A stretch of 64,000 bases of DNA, from positions 62,001 to 126,000 of the forward strand of contig NIVC01002331.1 in assembly GCA_002269645.1 (NCBI GenBank), in the 5' to 3' direction. Each line of letters opens with the position of its first letter. The first letter of the stretch is position 1. The translations under genes and the position numbers were made by a program. Below, piece after piece: positions 46,280 through 60,508 of this stretch. Under the pieces are notes generated by a model that was not told the origin of the DNA, did no database searches, and worked only from the letters and a program-made list of their open reading frames with translations. Source of the DNA: Macrostomum lignano (lineage: Eukaryota).

Positions 46280-46815
46280 CGACTGAGGGAATTACTGAGA
46301 TGTCAAGGCTTACTGAGGGAATTACTGAGATGTCAAGGCTTACTTGGGGAATTGCTGAGTTGTCAAGGCCTACTGGGGGAATTGTGAGAAGTCAAGACTT
46401 ACTGGAGGAATTACTGAGATTCGAGACTTACTGGGGAATTACTGAGATTTCAAGGTTTACTCGGGGGAATTGCTGAGTTGTCAAGGCTTACTGGGGGAAT
46501 TGCTGAGACTTCAAGGCTTACTGGGGGAATTTCTGAGATTTCAAGGCTTACTCGGGGAATTGCTGAGATTTCAAGGCTTGCTGGGGGGAATTGCTGAGAT
46601 GTCAAGGCTTACTGAGGGAATTACTGAGATGTCAAGGCTTACTGGGAGGAATTGCTGAGATGTCAAGACTTACTGGGGGAATTACTGAGATGTCAAGGCT
46701 TACTGAGGGAATTACTGAGATGTGAAGGCTTACTGGGGAATTACTGAGATGTCAAGGCTTACTGGGGGAATTGCTGAATTGTCAAGGTTTACTGGGGGAA
46801 TTGCTAAGATGTCAT
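46280..46815. repeat. ~32-bp minisatellite GGGAATTACTGAGATGTCAAGGCTTACTGG
   Basis: About 17 copies upstream of MOB3. Confidence 0.94.
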
Positions 46816-48481
46816 CAAGGCTTATGGCATATTGAGCTCCTTCTGCGGACCAGAATATGCCCAGGCCAATGACGATATGCCATAAGAGTTTGTGCTTGAA
46901 AGGATAAGTACTATTTGCTGAATGAGAAAGGGTTTTGGGCTGATGAAGGAAACTTTGGCTGGTGAAGGTTTTGATTCATGGCAATTTATTTTTGCCAAAA
47001 ATGAGAAAAAGTAAGTTTTGATTAATGGATTTTGAATAATAAGTAAGGTTTTTACTCATTGGCCAAAATAAAAACCACTTGGCGTCATTCTTGCGCCCCC
47101 CAACGGGGGGCTTAAATTGAATAATATACGAAATTCACAAGATGTCAATTTTAACTAAGGCGAAGGCCCTGAATGAAGCTTTTGTCTTACTTCATTTCTT
47201 ACATGTAATCTTTGGCGAAACAAATATGAATAGACTGAGGCAAAGCGCAAAGGCTAAGGAAATAGAGCCAAACAGAAAATCTTAGCGCGAAAGAAAGAGA
47301 CCAACTAAATTATAAATCGTGCCATCAGTCTCATCGTGGTTAATACACTGTAAATATTCAATTTGGCTGTGGATGCGAACTATTTTACAGCTAGTTCTTT
47401 TATCTCTAAAACAAAAACTCCATGAATGTAAACTCTATACATAAAGCACTCTTGAGAAATTTTTACAAGTGCGATTTTTATAAATACTGTCCTTACTGTC
47501 TGACTCGGTCAATCCTTTGCATTACATGTAGGTTAGAACCAAGAAGCACGATCGAAGAGGCAATTGAAGCAGCTGGTCTTTTGGGATTTTATAATTGGCA
47601 TTCTCTGGCCGAGCTTCGTGTCGCTTTGAGGATTAGGAATTGTACATCCATTTGCTCTGAGGGTTGAGCTCGTTTGCAATTATCCCACCAAAGTCAAGCG
47701 TGCGCTGCGAAAATCCCCATGCCACCCCTCTAGACTTTCTCCCCCTACCGCCCACACCCTACATGTACGCACAGATCCTCATTCCGTTCCGCGAGCCTTC
47801 ATTTCCATCCAAACGGCGTCTTCCCTTCGCTTGGGCATAGTGAATTATTTTTTTGCGTCTCAAAGACCCACGAGGACATTTTTAGTTTATAGCTGGCAGT
47901 GCTCACAGCTACCATTCTCGAAAGCGATCCCATGCTACGTTAAGCTGATGTGGCCCTGTGCCTGCCGCCTCTTCCCAACAAACTCTACACTTGCATGCGA
48001 TCCTATATTGAGAGCAGTTCGCAGCATGAATTTTACAAAATCTTATATTGCGGGCATACAGCAAGCATGCAAAAAAACTTCTCAAGCATGTAAATTGTCT
48101 AGATGGGCCGCGCGCGGCGCTGGTAAAAAATGTGCAGGGAGCGCATATCCTTGAGCTTTACTTGAAGCGTATAAAACGGCGCTGAATGAAACGAATTTCG
48201 TTAACGGACAAATTGCGAATCAAGGATGCTTTTCTTACCCTCCAAAGTTGATTCACAGGATGATCGAAGTTTTTTTGAATGACACTGAGTCTGGCTATAG
48301 AAAGCAAGCAAAGTTCGGGCGAAATTTCAATAGCGCAGCTCGCAATATTTTGCATTTTTCTTAACTAAATTTTCTTAGCGGAGTCTACGTATGATAGAAT
48401 TATCCTTTTAACGTCATGTATTGAACAGACTTTTAGCAAAATCCATTTCGAGCATACCATATTGATAATGATAGTACTCCC

Positions 48482-48900
48482 TTAGCATAGCACAGAGTGG
48501 GGGGGGCAGGAGATCAGCAGATGGGCCGTCGTCTTCTCTCCATCGCCGCAGAAGCGGAAGTTGGGGGCCACGTCAACTCCGATGGCGGCCTGGAAGCCCC
48601 GCAGGGCCGGGCAGCGGTCGGCGCGCAGCTGGCAGATCAGCCGCTCCTGCCGCCGCGTGAGGTCGCTCGTCGGCGGAGGCGGCAGGCGGCCCGCCGTGCA
48701 GGCAAAGTGCCAGGCCAGCGAGCTCGTGCTCGCCGCCTCGGTGGCCACCGCGTTGTAGATCTGGTGCCAGCGGGCGAGGCAGTGGCGGCGGACGGCAGCC
48801 TGCGCGGCAGCCAACGGGACGGGCGCGGTGCCTTGCGCCAGCGTGGAGCCTCGCTTGGCGATCTCGTCCACGGCCTCGTTGCCGGGGAGGCGCATTTCGT
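48482..48900 (-). mobile_element. Non-LTR retrotransposon 3' remnant (RNase H C-terminus plus degenerate CCHC finger)
   Basis: GNEAVDEIAK (RNase H terminal motif), RRQERLICQLRADRCP, and F-x2-CG...TTAHLLISCP (first Cys lost). GC-rich island, 5'-truncated. Confidence 0.8.
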
Positions 48901-50699
48901 ACCTGCCCGCCCGCAGCTGGCTTTGAACTGAATCAATGGTATTTTGACCATAGACATTCTAAGCGGAAGGGCTGAACATTGTTTAAACACGCTATAGTAG
49001 CTGCAATTGCATTTTGCCTGACTCAGCACCGATATTCTTGCTAGCGTCAACCTTGGACGAAGAGACCCACACTGCTATGACACACACAGCTTCATTTTAC
49101 ATTCGTGAAGTCCAGCTCGCGAGAGTTTTGATTTTCAATTTTGTACTAAAAGAACATGCCCGGTCTTGCTAATGCATTTTCAGAGCGTGCAGAAGTCAGC
49201 ATACAGTGCAAACTTCCTTCAGTTCAATTATTTTTTACTTTTAAGATTAATTAAATGCAACTCCTCATTCCTCATCTATCTCGCTATAACCAGTCAAGAG
49301 AATTTGCATTTATATTGCATTCTCACTGCACGATTCTGTGACTATACTTTACCCTTGTATTCTTCCAAGGGAGCTTTCGAGTTTTGATTTCTGAGGTCAA
49401 ACAGAAACCAATATGTCTTAACTATTGAAGTGAATAAGCACACACACACGACTTGACGCGAAGCGCATTTTCTCATTGCCAACCCGTCATTGCCAACACG
49501 AGAGCTACTGTATAATCTGCATTTGGAATCGATTTAATTAATCATATTTTTAGACGTAAAGCTTTTCCAATCCCAGCCTTTCTCGTGTACGGCAGCTTCA
49601 GGCACAGCTACCCTTATCTATTCATCCATCCATTGATGCATTGCCTGATATACTCGGTTGCAAATTGAATTATCGTCACCTCTGCTATAATATAATAATA
49701 TCAATTTGCATACTTGCTTCCTCAAATCCCCGCATCACTGTAGGATTTGTACAGCAGAGGCTGGAACGCCTCAAGGCTCGCATAAAGCGCCTTGATGGCA
49801 TACATTCTTTCTCTACTTCTCAGAGTCTTTCAACCTTACATATGACGGGTATTATAAGACGGAAATCTGTCCCAGCTGCTGACAGAGAGATAGCGAGAGT
49901 GAAGGGAAATACTGAAGTTGATGCTGAGCCCAAGAAGGAAGATTTCCTCGACTTATCAGGCTGGCTCAGAATATGCTTGTACCAATAGGCAGAGCTGAGA
50001 GCACATTTTCACTGCCATAGCCAGGAGGCGAGCATGCAATGGGGTCATAAATTTCTGTCCTTATATAATCCCCATTTTAAGCCCATATATTTATCTCCCT
50101 ATTGCAGAGATTGCTTAAGAGCTCGCCGGAAGACTTGTCAAGGAATGCTCAGAGCCTGTTTAGCTGCAGTCAGTGCAGCAGCAATATGCGGCTTGTCAGA
50201 GCTGAGGCATTCTCTCCCCTTCTCTCCCAGAGCCATTACTGACTCCGCTCTCTAACTTAATCAGTTGATAATGTAAAATAATCAGATTAATATCTTTCCA
50301 CCCGCCCTAATACAGCATGGGTCTCTGTCTTTCTCGGGCTGAATTGAGTTAGTGATCATTTTTACAGCACAGCATAGCTATAGGCCATGGTCATTTTGTC
50401 AGCTTAGTGCCAATCTGTTTCTAGATTGGAACTATATGAATGGGGCATCTCGTCTATGATAATATGGGACTAATTCAATAACTCGTATGTTTTTCGCGTC
50501 TCCAGAAAATCTTATGTTCCCCCCCCCAGATTGATCAGACACTTCCTTGAGATTCCATCTAGCACTGGACTGTATTGCTTAGTATTGGGCCATCCAATGT
50601 ACATTGCAAGCTGCATCCCCAACTTGCAGTTATTGACAGCTGCTATGCGTTCTGTACATGCAAAAGCCTGGTGTGTATCAATTTGGTTTGTGCTGTTGA

Positions 50700-52425
50700 G
50701 GGGAACGTTTGTGTTGGGACACTGTTGAGGCGACCGTTTGTTGGGACACTGTTGAGGCGACCGTTTGTTGGGACACTGTTGGTTGGGACACTGTTGAGGC
50801 GACCGTTTGTTGGGACACTGTTGAGGCGACCGTTTGTTGGGACACTGTTGGTTGGGACACTGTTGGTTGGGACACTGTTGGTTGGGACACTGTTGAGGCG
50901 ACCATTTGTGTTGGGACACTGTTGAGGCGACCGTTTGTATTGGGACACTGTTGAGGCGACCGTTTGTGTTGGGACACTGTTGGTTGGGACACTGTTGAGG
51001 CGACCGTTTGTTGGGACACTGTTGGTTGGGACACTGTTGAGGCGACCGTTTGTGTTGGGACACTGTTGAGGCGACCGTTTGTGTTGGGACACTGTTGAGG
51101 CGACCGTTTGTGTTGGGACACTGTTGAGGCGACCGTTTGTGTTGGGACACTGTTGAGGCGACCGTTTGTGTTGGGACACTGTTGAGGCGACCGTTTGTGT
51201 TGGGACACTGTTGGTTGGGACACTGTTGAGGCGACCGTTTGGTGGAACACTGTTGGTTGGGACACTGTTGAGGCGACCGTTTGGTGGGACACTGTTGGTT
51301 GGGACACTGTTGAGCTGACTGTTTGTTGGGACACTGTTGAGCTGACTGTTTGTTGGGACACTGTTGAGCTGACTGTTTGTTGGGACACTGCTGAGGTGAC
51401 CGTTTGTGTTGGGACACTGTTGAGGTGACTCTTTGTTGGAACACTGTTGAGGGGAATGTTTGTTGGGACACTGTTGAGGGGAATGTTTGCTGGGACACTG
51501 TTGAGGGGAATGTTTGCTGGGACACTGTTGAGGGGAATGTTTGCTGGGACACTGTTGAGGGGAATGTTTGCTGGGACACTGTTGAGGGGAATGTTTGTTG
51601 GACACTGTTGAGGGGAATGTTTGCTGGGACACTGTTGAGGGGAATGTTTGCTGGGACACTGTTGAGGGGAATGTTTGCTGGGACACTGTTGAGCTGACTG
51701 TTTGTTGGGACACTGTTGAGCTGACTGTTTGTTGGGACACTGTTGAGGCGACCGTTTGGTGGGACACTGTTGAGCTGACTGTTTGTTGGGACACTGCTGA
51801 GGTGACCGTTTGTGTTGGGACACTGTTGAGGTGACTCTTTGTTGGAACACTGTTGAGGGGAATGTTTGTTGGGACACTGTTGAGGGGAATGTTTGCTGGG
51901 ACACTGTTGAGGGGAATGTTTGCTGGGACACTGTTGAGGGGAATGTTTGCTGGGACACTGTTGAGGGGAATGTTTGCTGGGACACTGTTGAGGGGAATGT
52001 TTGTTGGACACTGTTGAGGGGAATGTTTGCTGGGACACTGTTGAGGGGAATGTTTGCTGGGACACTGTTGAGGGGAATGTTTGCTGGGACACTGTTGAGG
52101 GGAATGTTTGTTGGACACTGTTGAGGGGAATGTTTGCTGGGACACTGTTGAGGGAAATGTTTGCTGGGACACTGTTGAGGGGAATGTTTGCTGGGACACT
52201 GTTGAGGGGAATGTTTGCTGGGACACTGTTGAGGGGAATGTTTGCTGGGACACTGTTGAGGGGAATGTTTGCTGGGACACTGTTGAGGGGAATGTTTGCT
52301 GGGACACTGTTGAGGGGAATGTTTGCTGGGACACTGTTGAGGGGAATGTTTGTTGGACACTGTTGAGGGGAATGTTTGCTGGGACACTGTTGAGGGGAAT
52401 GTTTGCTGGGACACTGTTGAGGTGA
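50700..52425. repeat. Composite GGGACACTGTTG-core minisatellite (14-27 bp units) with a 406-bp higher-order duplication
   Basis: Unit types GAGGCGACCGTTTG, GAGCTGACTG and GAGGGGAATGTTTGCT. Identical variant markers recur 406 bp apart. Confidence 0.95.
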
Positions 52426-53829
52426 CTTCTGAGGCGCTGCTGAGGTGGCTGTTTGCTAAGGCCTGTTGAGGTGACTTCTGAATACTGTGTTAGCGTACTG
52501 ATCGGACGTCTATTAATTCTTAAGCACTGTTTCGGGTGCTATTTAAGGCATTACATGTAAATAATGGGCTTAGAGCTAATGAAATCCGTTACCTTTTATC
52601 AAGGCTAGTAAATTCGGACTCAGCAAGTTTAAGTCAAAGTCATAACGAGTATGTGGATCTTATTTCAATAAGCACAAGCCCATTGCCACACATCATTTTT
52701 AATTCCTTCAGGCCCGCCAAAAGTCGCTGAGCCTTTGATTATTTCTGCCAGGTACTACAAAGAATTTAATTATATTTTCTTCTCAGGAAAATGAATTGAA
52801 AAATCCCCAGCAACCGAGGCGTCTACCTACCCAGTTCATTTGGGGAATAATTAGCAAGAATTCTGCAGGGAACCTATTGGAGCGAGTCCGCACCCCCCCC
52901 CTCCGCCGGAGGGCGTGCAATTCGTAATCGAATTCAAGCACAGAGAGGAACTTTTCCAGCTCCCTGGAGCCTACTATAGAGCTCTTCGAGCACGAAAGAA
53001 GACTCGAGTGGGCCACCACAGGAGCAAGAATAAGTGGCAGGCGGAAACCATTGAGGATGTCGGAGGCCGCGGTAGAGAGAGAAAAAGGTCTAATTCTGCT
53101 GGGAATCTCCGTCCTATGGCCTGCTCCTGCCCTCCCCGACCCCGGACCCGCCCTGACCCTCACCCCCTCTCCCAACACCCCTCCTCCAAGTGCTCGCCTC
53201 CGATCGCAATTCAAACTTCCAGCTGGGGCTGCCTGCCGGCTGTCATTGGTTGTGGCTGCAGAGGAGATGCTCAAGCGGTCGGCGACCGATCTCTCCTGCT
53301 GCGCGGGAAGAGACGGGCAGAGATACCCAGCCACGGTTGATTCCTTCCTCTAGCTAAGCCTGCTTTACTCTCCTACCCGAGACTGAATCCAAAGGGGGAA
53401 GCCATTCTTCTTACCTATAGCGACGATCAACCATTGGCTCAGGCGGATAAGGACAGGCACGGTAGCCTTGGCCTAGAATTAACAGAACAAAATCCGCAAG
53501 CGCACGCTCGCCACCGCCTCCTCCTTCCAAAATTAACGTCTTCGGTCAAGTCAACTTAGTCGGCGCAGCAAATATTGTTTCTGGGTGCCATCCCCGACCG
53601 AGATCCGGAGCAGCAAGTAGCCCGTTGTGTCATTTTTGGCAGCATCGACCGGAGCCTACCTAAAATTTCTAGGACAAACAGGCAGAGAGGAAGCGGAGAG
53701 CACACACGCAGGCAGGTAGATAAGGGTTGGGAAGCCGATTGAACGGCTAAATGAAAAATAAGCACTGGGAGTTCGTTCATAGTGCAATTTGGTGGAACTG
53801 GAAAGATCGCCTTCCTTGCTGCTTCCAGC

Positions 53830-56800
53830 ATGAAAGTGTCCGACCTAATTGCCGAGCTGTTGAACGCGGCCGAGAAATCTGCCGAGCTGGCCAGGGCCAT
53901 CAGGCGAGAGGAGTCGCTTTTCCACCTGCTGATTGAGGAGAAAACCGGCGACGATAAGAACAAGAGGTTCGGCTTCGACTTCAAAACTCTGGCTGACGTG
54001 CTGGTGCAGGAGATGATTCGGTTCGACCTGAACAAGAAGGTGAGGCGTGAGACACCGGGGGACATTCGAGAGCTGCCTACTGGATAGGTCTATAGGACGA
54101 GTAGCACAGTGGTAAAGCGCCGACTTACTTGACTCAGCTGCAGGCAGGGGGTTCCAGGCATCCGGATATAGTGGGGAGGCGTCGCCGTCCATTCCGCTGA
54201 CCCCTGGCGACCACGGCCGCGGTCGCCTCCAGAAAGTCCAGGAGGTGGATGGTCGCTCGCCCGGTAGCCCTAAGGTAGGGGACGAGCTGGTAGAGGTTCT
54301 CGAGCCCGAAAATGTCGGAGAAGTCCGGGTTTGGGCCGAAGTAGGTGAGCCTGTCCTGATTAAGACTTCAAGGTGAAGTGCTTCGCATTCTCTACACCGG
54401 AGAAGCAGGATGGGCATTCCTCTCTACGGATTTTTCCCTGAAGGTAGCGATGCCTGGCAAAACAGAAATGACCACAGAGGGCCATGGTCACCGCCCTGAT
54501 GTCCCTGCGGTTGAGTCCAAGCAGGGCCCTGCGGATGAGCAGGGGAAGGACAGGGGACAGCCGCGCGGGATTGCCGGCAGTCGGGGGCGCTAGCCCACCC
54601 ACTAGTTAATCCGAGTGGTGAGGTAAAGTGCCAGAGTCCTGTACTCTGCAGGGAAATCGACCCGAGGCTTGTTGTCGTGAGATAAACGGCATGAGAGCCA
54701 ACCCACCCCAAGACGCAGAGAGAGTACATGCCTACTCACTACGGGAGAATCAGGGCCACTGCGTGCCCTGTGTGATTGTGTACCTGCGTGCTCAGGCGTT
54801 AGCGGAATGGGCATCGAGACACCGAGTCTTTGAGACAGAAGCGTTCACTTCACTCCAAATGGCAATGGTGACAAATTACACGTGCTTCAAGCATTTCAAG
54901 ATTTGCAAACGTAACAATCCTTTATTTATTTACCATTCTTGAGGACACTTTCAAACCCAGCGACCAAATACCCCAGAGCAGACCAGTTCTCTATAATCAA
55001 TGCAACAAGATGCTTAGACGGGGTCATTGTTTGCCCCACCATGAAACCCAGAGAAAGAGCAGAACCATCTGCATCAAATTCAGTAAGACACTCAGCAAAA
55101 CTGTTGGGCATCTGGATTACATATCAGTGGCTCAGTTCCCTTATGATAAAATATTTACTGCAGGACGGGCTTAAGCCGTATTTTCTCTGCACCCAATCGT
55201 GCTGGCTGAGCCGAAGATGAGGCTGAGAGACCGCGAGAAGAAGCGCAGGAAATGGGATCTCGTCTTCCTGCTACTGTTATCCCCATCATCCCCCTCCTGG
55301 TGGGATAATCCATTGCTGGCAAGATATTGGGATTAATGTCAGTCTAAGAACTCTTTGCTCAAACCGCCGTGTCTTGAAATATAGAAGTAGACAGACTTAT
55401 TCAATCGCATTGATTGGCTGATGTGCTGCTTGTACATCAAAAGACTATCAATGCTGGGGTCGCACACAGGGCTGGCAGTTGTGATGGCTTGGTGATTATT
55501 CAGTAGTCATGAACTAGTGATGCGTAGTTTGAAGTCAAACTGCTTTCTAAGTCGTCAATTCCATTTTTAACTCTCTCGCACTTTTGCACTCTCTCTATTT
55601 TGCACACGCACCTTTCCATTTTTATCTTTCGCTATCTCAACCTCTCTGCTTCCCCTCTGCCCCTCACCCTCCCTGTCTCACCCTCCCTGTCTCACCCTCC
55701 CTGTCTCACCCTCCCTGTCTCACCCTCTCTGTCTCGCCCTCCCTGTCTCACCCTCCCTGTCTCACCCTCCCTGTATCACCCTCCCTGTCTCACCCTTCCT
55801 TGTTTAACTCTCTCTTATAATTGAATTCATCAATTACGTTGCGTCGGCTCTAGCTAGGGCTAAGCAAAACAGCTGCGCCGAGTGTCTGCTTGTGTTTGTC
55901 GTTCTCTCCTCTCTTGTTCCCCCTTCCTATTCGCTCTCTCTCTTTCCTAATATTCTTCCTACCTTCCCCTAATTATTTCTTTCCCCCGAACTGGAGAATT
56001 TTCTATTTCGACACCTTTAATCAAATTTTCTTTTCCTGGCCAAAATGTGAACGCGAATACGCGCTCACAAAAGTCCCACTCTTTTCCCGCATGCTCCAGT
56101 CCGCACTAAACATTCATTGAAAACGCTTCAAAAAGTGGATCTCCAATATCTCCAATACAGCCAATTTTTATTAACCGATAGTCTGGTGCCATTGGCACCC
56201 ATTTAGGCGCTATCGACACTCATTTAGGCGCTATCGGCACTCATTTAGGAGCTATCGGCACCCATTTAGGCGCTATCGACACTCATTTAGGAACTATCGG
56301 CACCCATTTAGGAGCTATCGGCACTCATTTAGGAGCTATCGGCACCCATTTAGGAGCTATCGGCACCCATTTAGGAGCTATCGGCACCCATTTAGGAACT
56401 ATCGGCACCCATTTAGGAGCTATCGGCACCCATTTAGGAACTATCGGCACCCATTTAGGAGCTATCGGCACTCATTTAGGAGCTATCGGCACTCATTTAG
56501 GCGCTATCGGCACTCATTTAGGAGCTATCGGCACCCATTTAGGAGCTATCGGCACCCATTTACGAGCTATCGGCACCCATTTAGGAGCTATCGGCACTCA
56601 TTTAGGAGCTATCGGCACCCATTTAGGAGCTATCGGCACTCATTTAGGCGCTATCGGCACCCATTTAGGCGCTATCGGCACTCATTTAGGCGCTATCGGC
56701 ACCCATTTAGGCGCTATTGACACTCATTTAGGCTTACACCCAGGTCCCCAGCATGCAGAGTAATTAAACAGCTGTCTAAGTGTGGCATCTGCAATCACCC

Positions 56801-59800
56801 AGTCTGCCCAACACTCACGCCTACAATTATTATCCGGAATGAGGACATTGCTCCGCTGCAACACCTCACGGAAAATTGCTAGGGGGGAGGGCAGCACTGC
56901 CATTCCGTATAGATTTACTCAACTAACATTGCTCATCCCTAGAGACAAAAAACCTGTCCGAGACTGTCTCTTGTCGCTGATAAAGGCAATTTGTAACTCC
57001 CGGCACAGTTTGCAAGCTACCATGCCCATATTTTTTGCTCTCGTCTGTTCCATCGCGTTCCAGCCAATGTGTCTCTTCTTCCGCTCCCATTGCTCTCTCT
57101 CTGCTCAGTTGCTTCACTGATCGAAAGCTATATGGATGTTGCTGCAAGCGGAAGGTACTCTAGGGCTACGGCTCTCTTCCGTCACCATGCTGGGGCTACA
57201 GCCCACTCCTGTCACTCTACTGGGGCTACAGCCCTCTCCCGCGACTCTACTGGGGGCTACAGTCCTCTCCCGTTACTCTGCTGGGGGCTACAGTCCTCTC
57301 CCGTCACTCTGCTGGGGGCTACAGCCCTCTCCCGTCACTCTGCTGGGGGCTACAGCCCTCTCCCGTCACTCTGCTGGGGGCTACAGCCCTCTCCCGTCAC
57401 TCTGCTGGGGGCTATAGCCCTCTCCCGTCACTCTGCTGGGGGCTACAGCCCTCTCCCGTCACTCTGCTGGGGGCTACAGCCCTCTCCCGTCACTCTGCTG
57501 GGGGCTACAGCCCTCTCCCGTCACTCTGCTGGGGGCTACAGCCCTCTCCGTCACTCTGCTGGGGGCTACAGCCCTCTCCCGTCACTCTGCTGGGGGCTAC
57601 AGCCCTCTCCCGTCACTCTGCTGGGGGCTATAGCCCTCTCCCGTCACTCTGCTGGGGGCTACAGCCCTCTCCCGTCACTCTGCTGGGGGCTACAGCCCTC
57701 TCCCGTCACTCTGCTGGGGGCTACAGCCCTCTCCCGTCACTCTGCTGGGGCTACAGCCCTCTCCCGTCACTCTGCTGGGGGCTACAGCCCTCTCCCGTCA
57801 CTCTGCTGGGGGCTACAGCCCTCTCCCGTCACTCTGCTGGGGCTACAGCTCTCTCCTGTCACTGCTGTGTGGGGCTACAGTCTCCTGCACTCTGCTGAGG
57901 AGGGGTTACATCCCTCTCCTGCCACAACCAGAAGCAAGCAATGCCAAAATTCAAACCTGGAGGTCTCTTAAAATGCCAGCCACAATGCCCCAGGTGTTCC
58001 AGCAAAACAAAATCCGTCAATCCGACACAGCAAATGAAATCGTGCTAATTCCCGAGCATTGCAGTCCCGCATTAATGTCTAGACCTGGAGACGGGGGGTC
58101 CTGAGACGAAGAAAAACAAATCAATCGTGCCTGACTGACAGTCTGGCCCTGTCTAGATCCCAGCAGTGTTTTAGCGACGTCTTCAGAAAATAGACCCCGG
58201 CTGAGCACAGACAGTCTCAGTACAACTGTTGACAGTTTTGCCCTGGAAATTTCGCTCCATTTGTTCGTTCAACAGTGTCACAGCATTTTGTGCTTTCATA
58301 ATCCGCTTTAATCCACCTCTGTTATAACAATGTCTCCCGTATAAGTACTACTGACTCACTTTGGGATTCAGTATCTCACTCATGAACTCACTCATGAACT
58401 CACTCATTCTCTCACTCATAAACTCCCTCATGAAATCACTCGTGAAATCACTCATGAACTCCCTCATGAACTCACTTATGAACTCACTATAATCTCACTC
58501 ATAAACTCCCTCATGAAGTCACTCATGGGCTCACTCATAAACTCCCTCATGAAGTCACTCATAAACTCACTCATGAACTCACTATAATCTCACTCATAAA
58601 CTTCCTCACGAACTCACTCGTGAAATCACTCATTAACTCATTAACAAACTCGTGAGAACTCACAAAGTCCCCCTTCCCTGAAACTCAAGCTCCGCACAAT
58701 TCTGAGCAAGCTCTGTCTCAATTTTTCCCCGCCATTCCAATCGCTCTAACAAGTGGCCGCCACAGCCACGCCTCGGGGCAGATTGGCCTCGGAAAGGCGC
58801 TTCAATGGTCTCGAGCGCGACGCCCCCCTTCTCAATAGTCCCAACCTCAGTCTCCCGCTTCGCTGCTTTTCATCTTCCCTCAAGCGACCACTTCATTCTG
58901 GCTGACGGGTGAGGGAGTGGGTCAAAGACGAGAGCAGAAGAGGCCGGCAGCAGAGCATCAGCGGTTTGCTGCTTGCCAGGAAGAGGCAAAAGTGCAGCTG
59001 CCCAACAGCTCCATCCGTTGGGCTGCTTGGCTCTTGGGGAAGAGGTTGACTGAGGTCAGCGCACTCTGAGCACTCTCTGTGCAGCTTCAAAAATAGAACT
59101 TTTATTAGAGTTCAATGTAAAATCTATGAATTAATCAAATAAATTGAATAATTTTACTTTTAAACTTACTTTCTAAAAGATTGACTTGACTGCTTGGAGA
59201 AGAAGAATTTCAGAGCTTTAATATTTGCTTTATTCCGGTCAAGGACTACTTAAGTAGGCCGACTATAGTGGTCCTTGAGCCAGGGTTAAGTAAACAGTGC
59301 CAATGTTCAAGCAACTGACGAACTTCGGATGCAGAAACTGGGACATGGGTTCCAGCTTTCAGTTGGGAAAACGAGAGAGAATAGCGGAGCGGGAAAAAGA
59401 AGAGGCAGAGAGCAAGGTTGGAAGGCAGACTGAATCAGGCATAAACAGTTTTAACCATTGTTTCTGCATGAAATTGTTTTATGCAGCACAGTCAGCTGCA
59501 GCAGCGACATCAGGCAAGTGAGGGGTCGCCAAACCAGGTATCTGGCGGCGCCAAAAAAATGAGTGTCTGAGGGCGCCAAATTGGGTGTCTGGCGGCGCCA
59601 AAAACTGGTTGTCTAAGGGCCCCAAAATTGGATGTCTTGGAGCGCCAAAAACTTGGTGTCTGTGGGCGCCAAAAATGGGTGTCTGAGGGCGCCAAAAACT
59701 GGGTGTCTGAGGGCGCCAAAAACTGGGTGTCTGGCGGCGCCAGAACTGGGGCGTCTCCTCGGATTCTACTCCGGGAAAAAGCCCCCATTCTACTTTGCGA

Positions 59801-60424
59801 TTAATGCAGTTTGCACACTCCCGCCCGCTTTATTTTTATTATTCCAACGCAAACCTCCTTCATCTCGACTGAAGTGCGGAGAACAAAAAAACTCCCATTA
59901 AGCTTTCGTGCAGGCGAATTCTCATTTATCCATCAACAAACGTCTATTTTTACCTCGTTTTTTCATTGCAGTTCTCCGGAATCGGGAAACGAGTCACCGG
60001 GGAGGAGAATAACAAATTCACAAACTTTGCGGGTGATAAGTTCAGCCTGGAGATTAAAGACAACAAGAAGAAGACAACCGCTTTGCTGTGTAAGCATTCG
60101 CTTTTATAAATATTTATGATCCTGAAAATTTCAGAGTATGGAGGGATTAAGCAAAAGCAGCTTGAACAGCAAAAAACAAAAACAAAAAGTAACGAAGAAC
60201 GACAAGCATAGTAATAACAATAACAACAACAGCAACAGGAACAAAAGCAACAACAGAAAAAAAAAACAACAACGGCAACAACAACAGCAACAAATTGAAA
60301 GCAACAACAACAACACATCTGCTGCCTTGACAACTGCGTGTAGTGCATGTTTCCATTACTGTGTGTTTTTTAGCCTTTCCTGTCTACCCACCTCTCAGAA
60401 ACGAGCAAATCGGACAGTCTCGAG

Positions 60425-60508
<84 letters not shown>

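Noticed and set aside
46821-46886. 12-bp inverted repeat CTTATGGCATAT/ATATGCCATAAG
   Set aside because: A single short IR with no target-site duplication or second copy; it cannot be classified.
49641-50255. Short ORFs with near-cognate or weak starts
   Set aside because: No recognisable motifs, splice structure or codon bias.
50512-52425. 500+ aa Gln/Ser/Pro-rich ORFs
   Set aside because: Composite minisatellite open in all three minus-strand frames; no unique coding sequence.
52783-53353. Overlapping ORFs upstream of INPP1
   Set aside because: No domain similarity is recognisable; probably promoter/UTR or an unclassified repeat.
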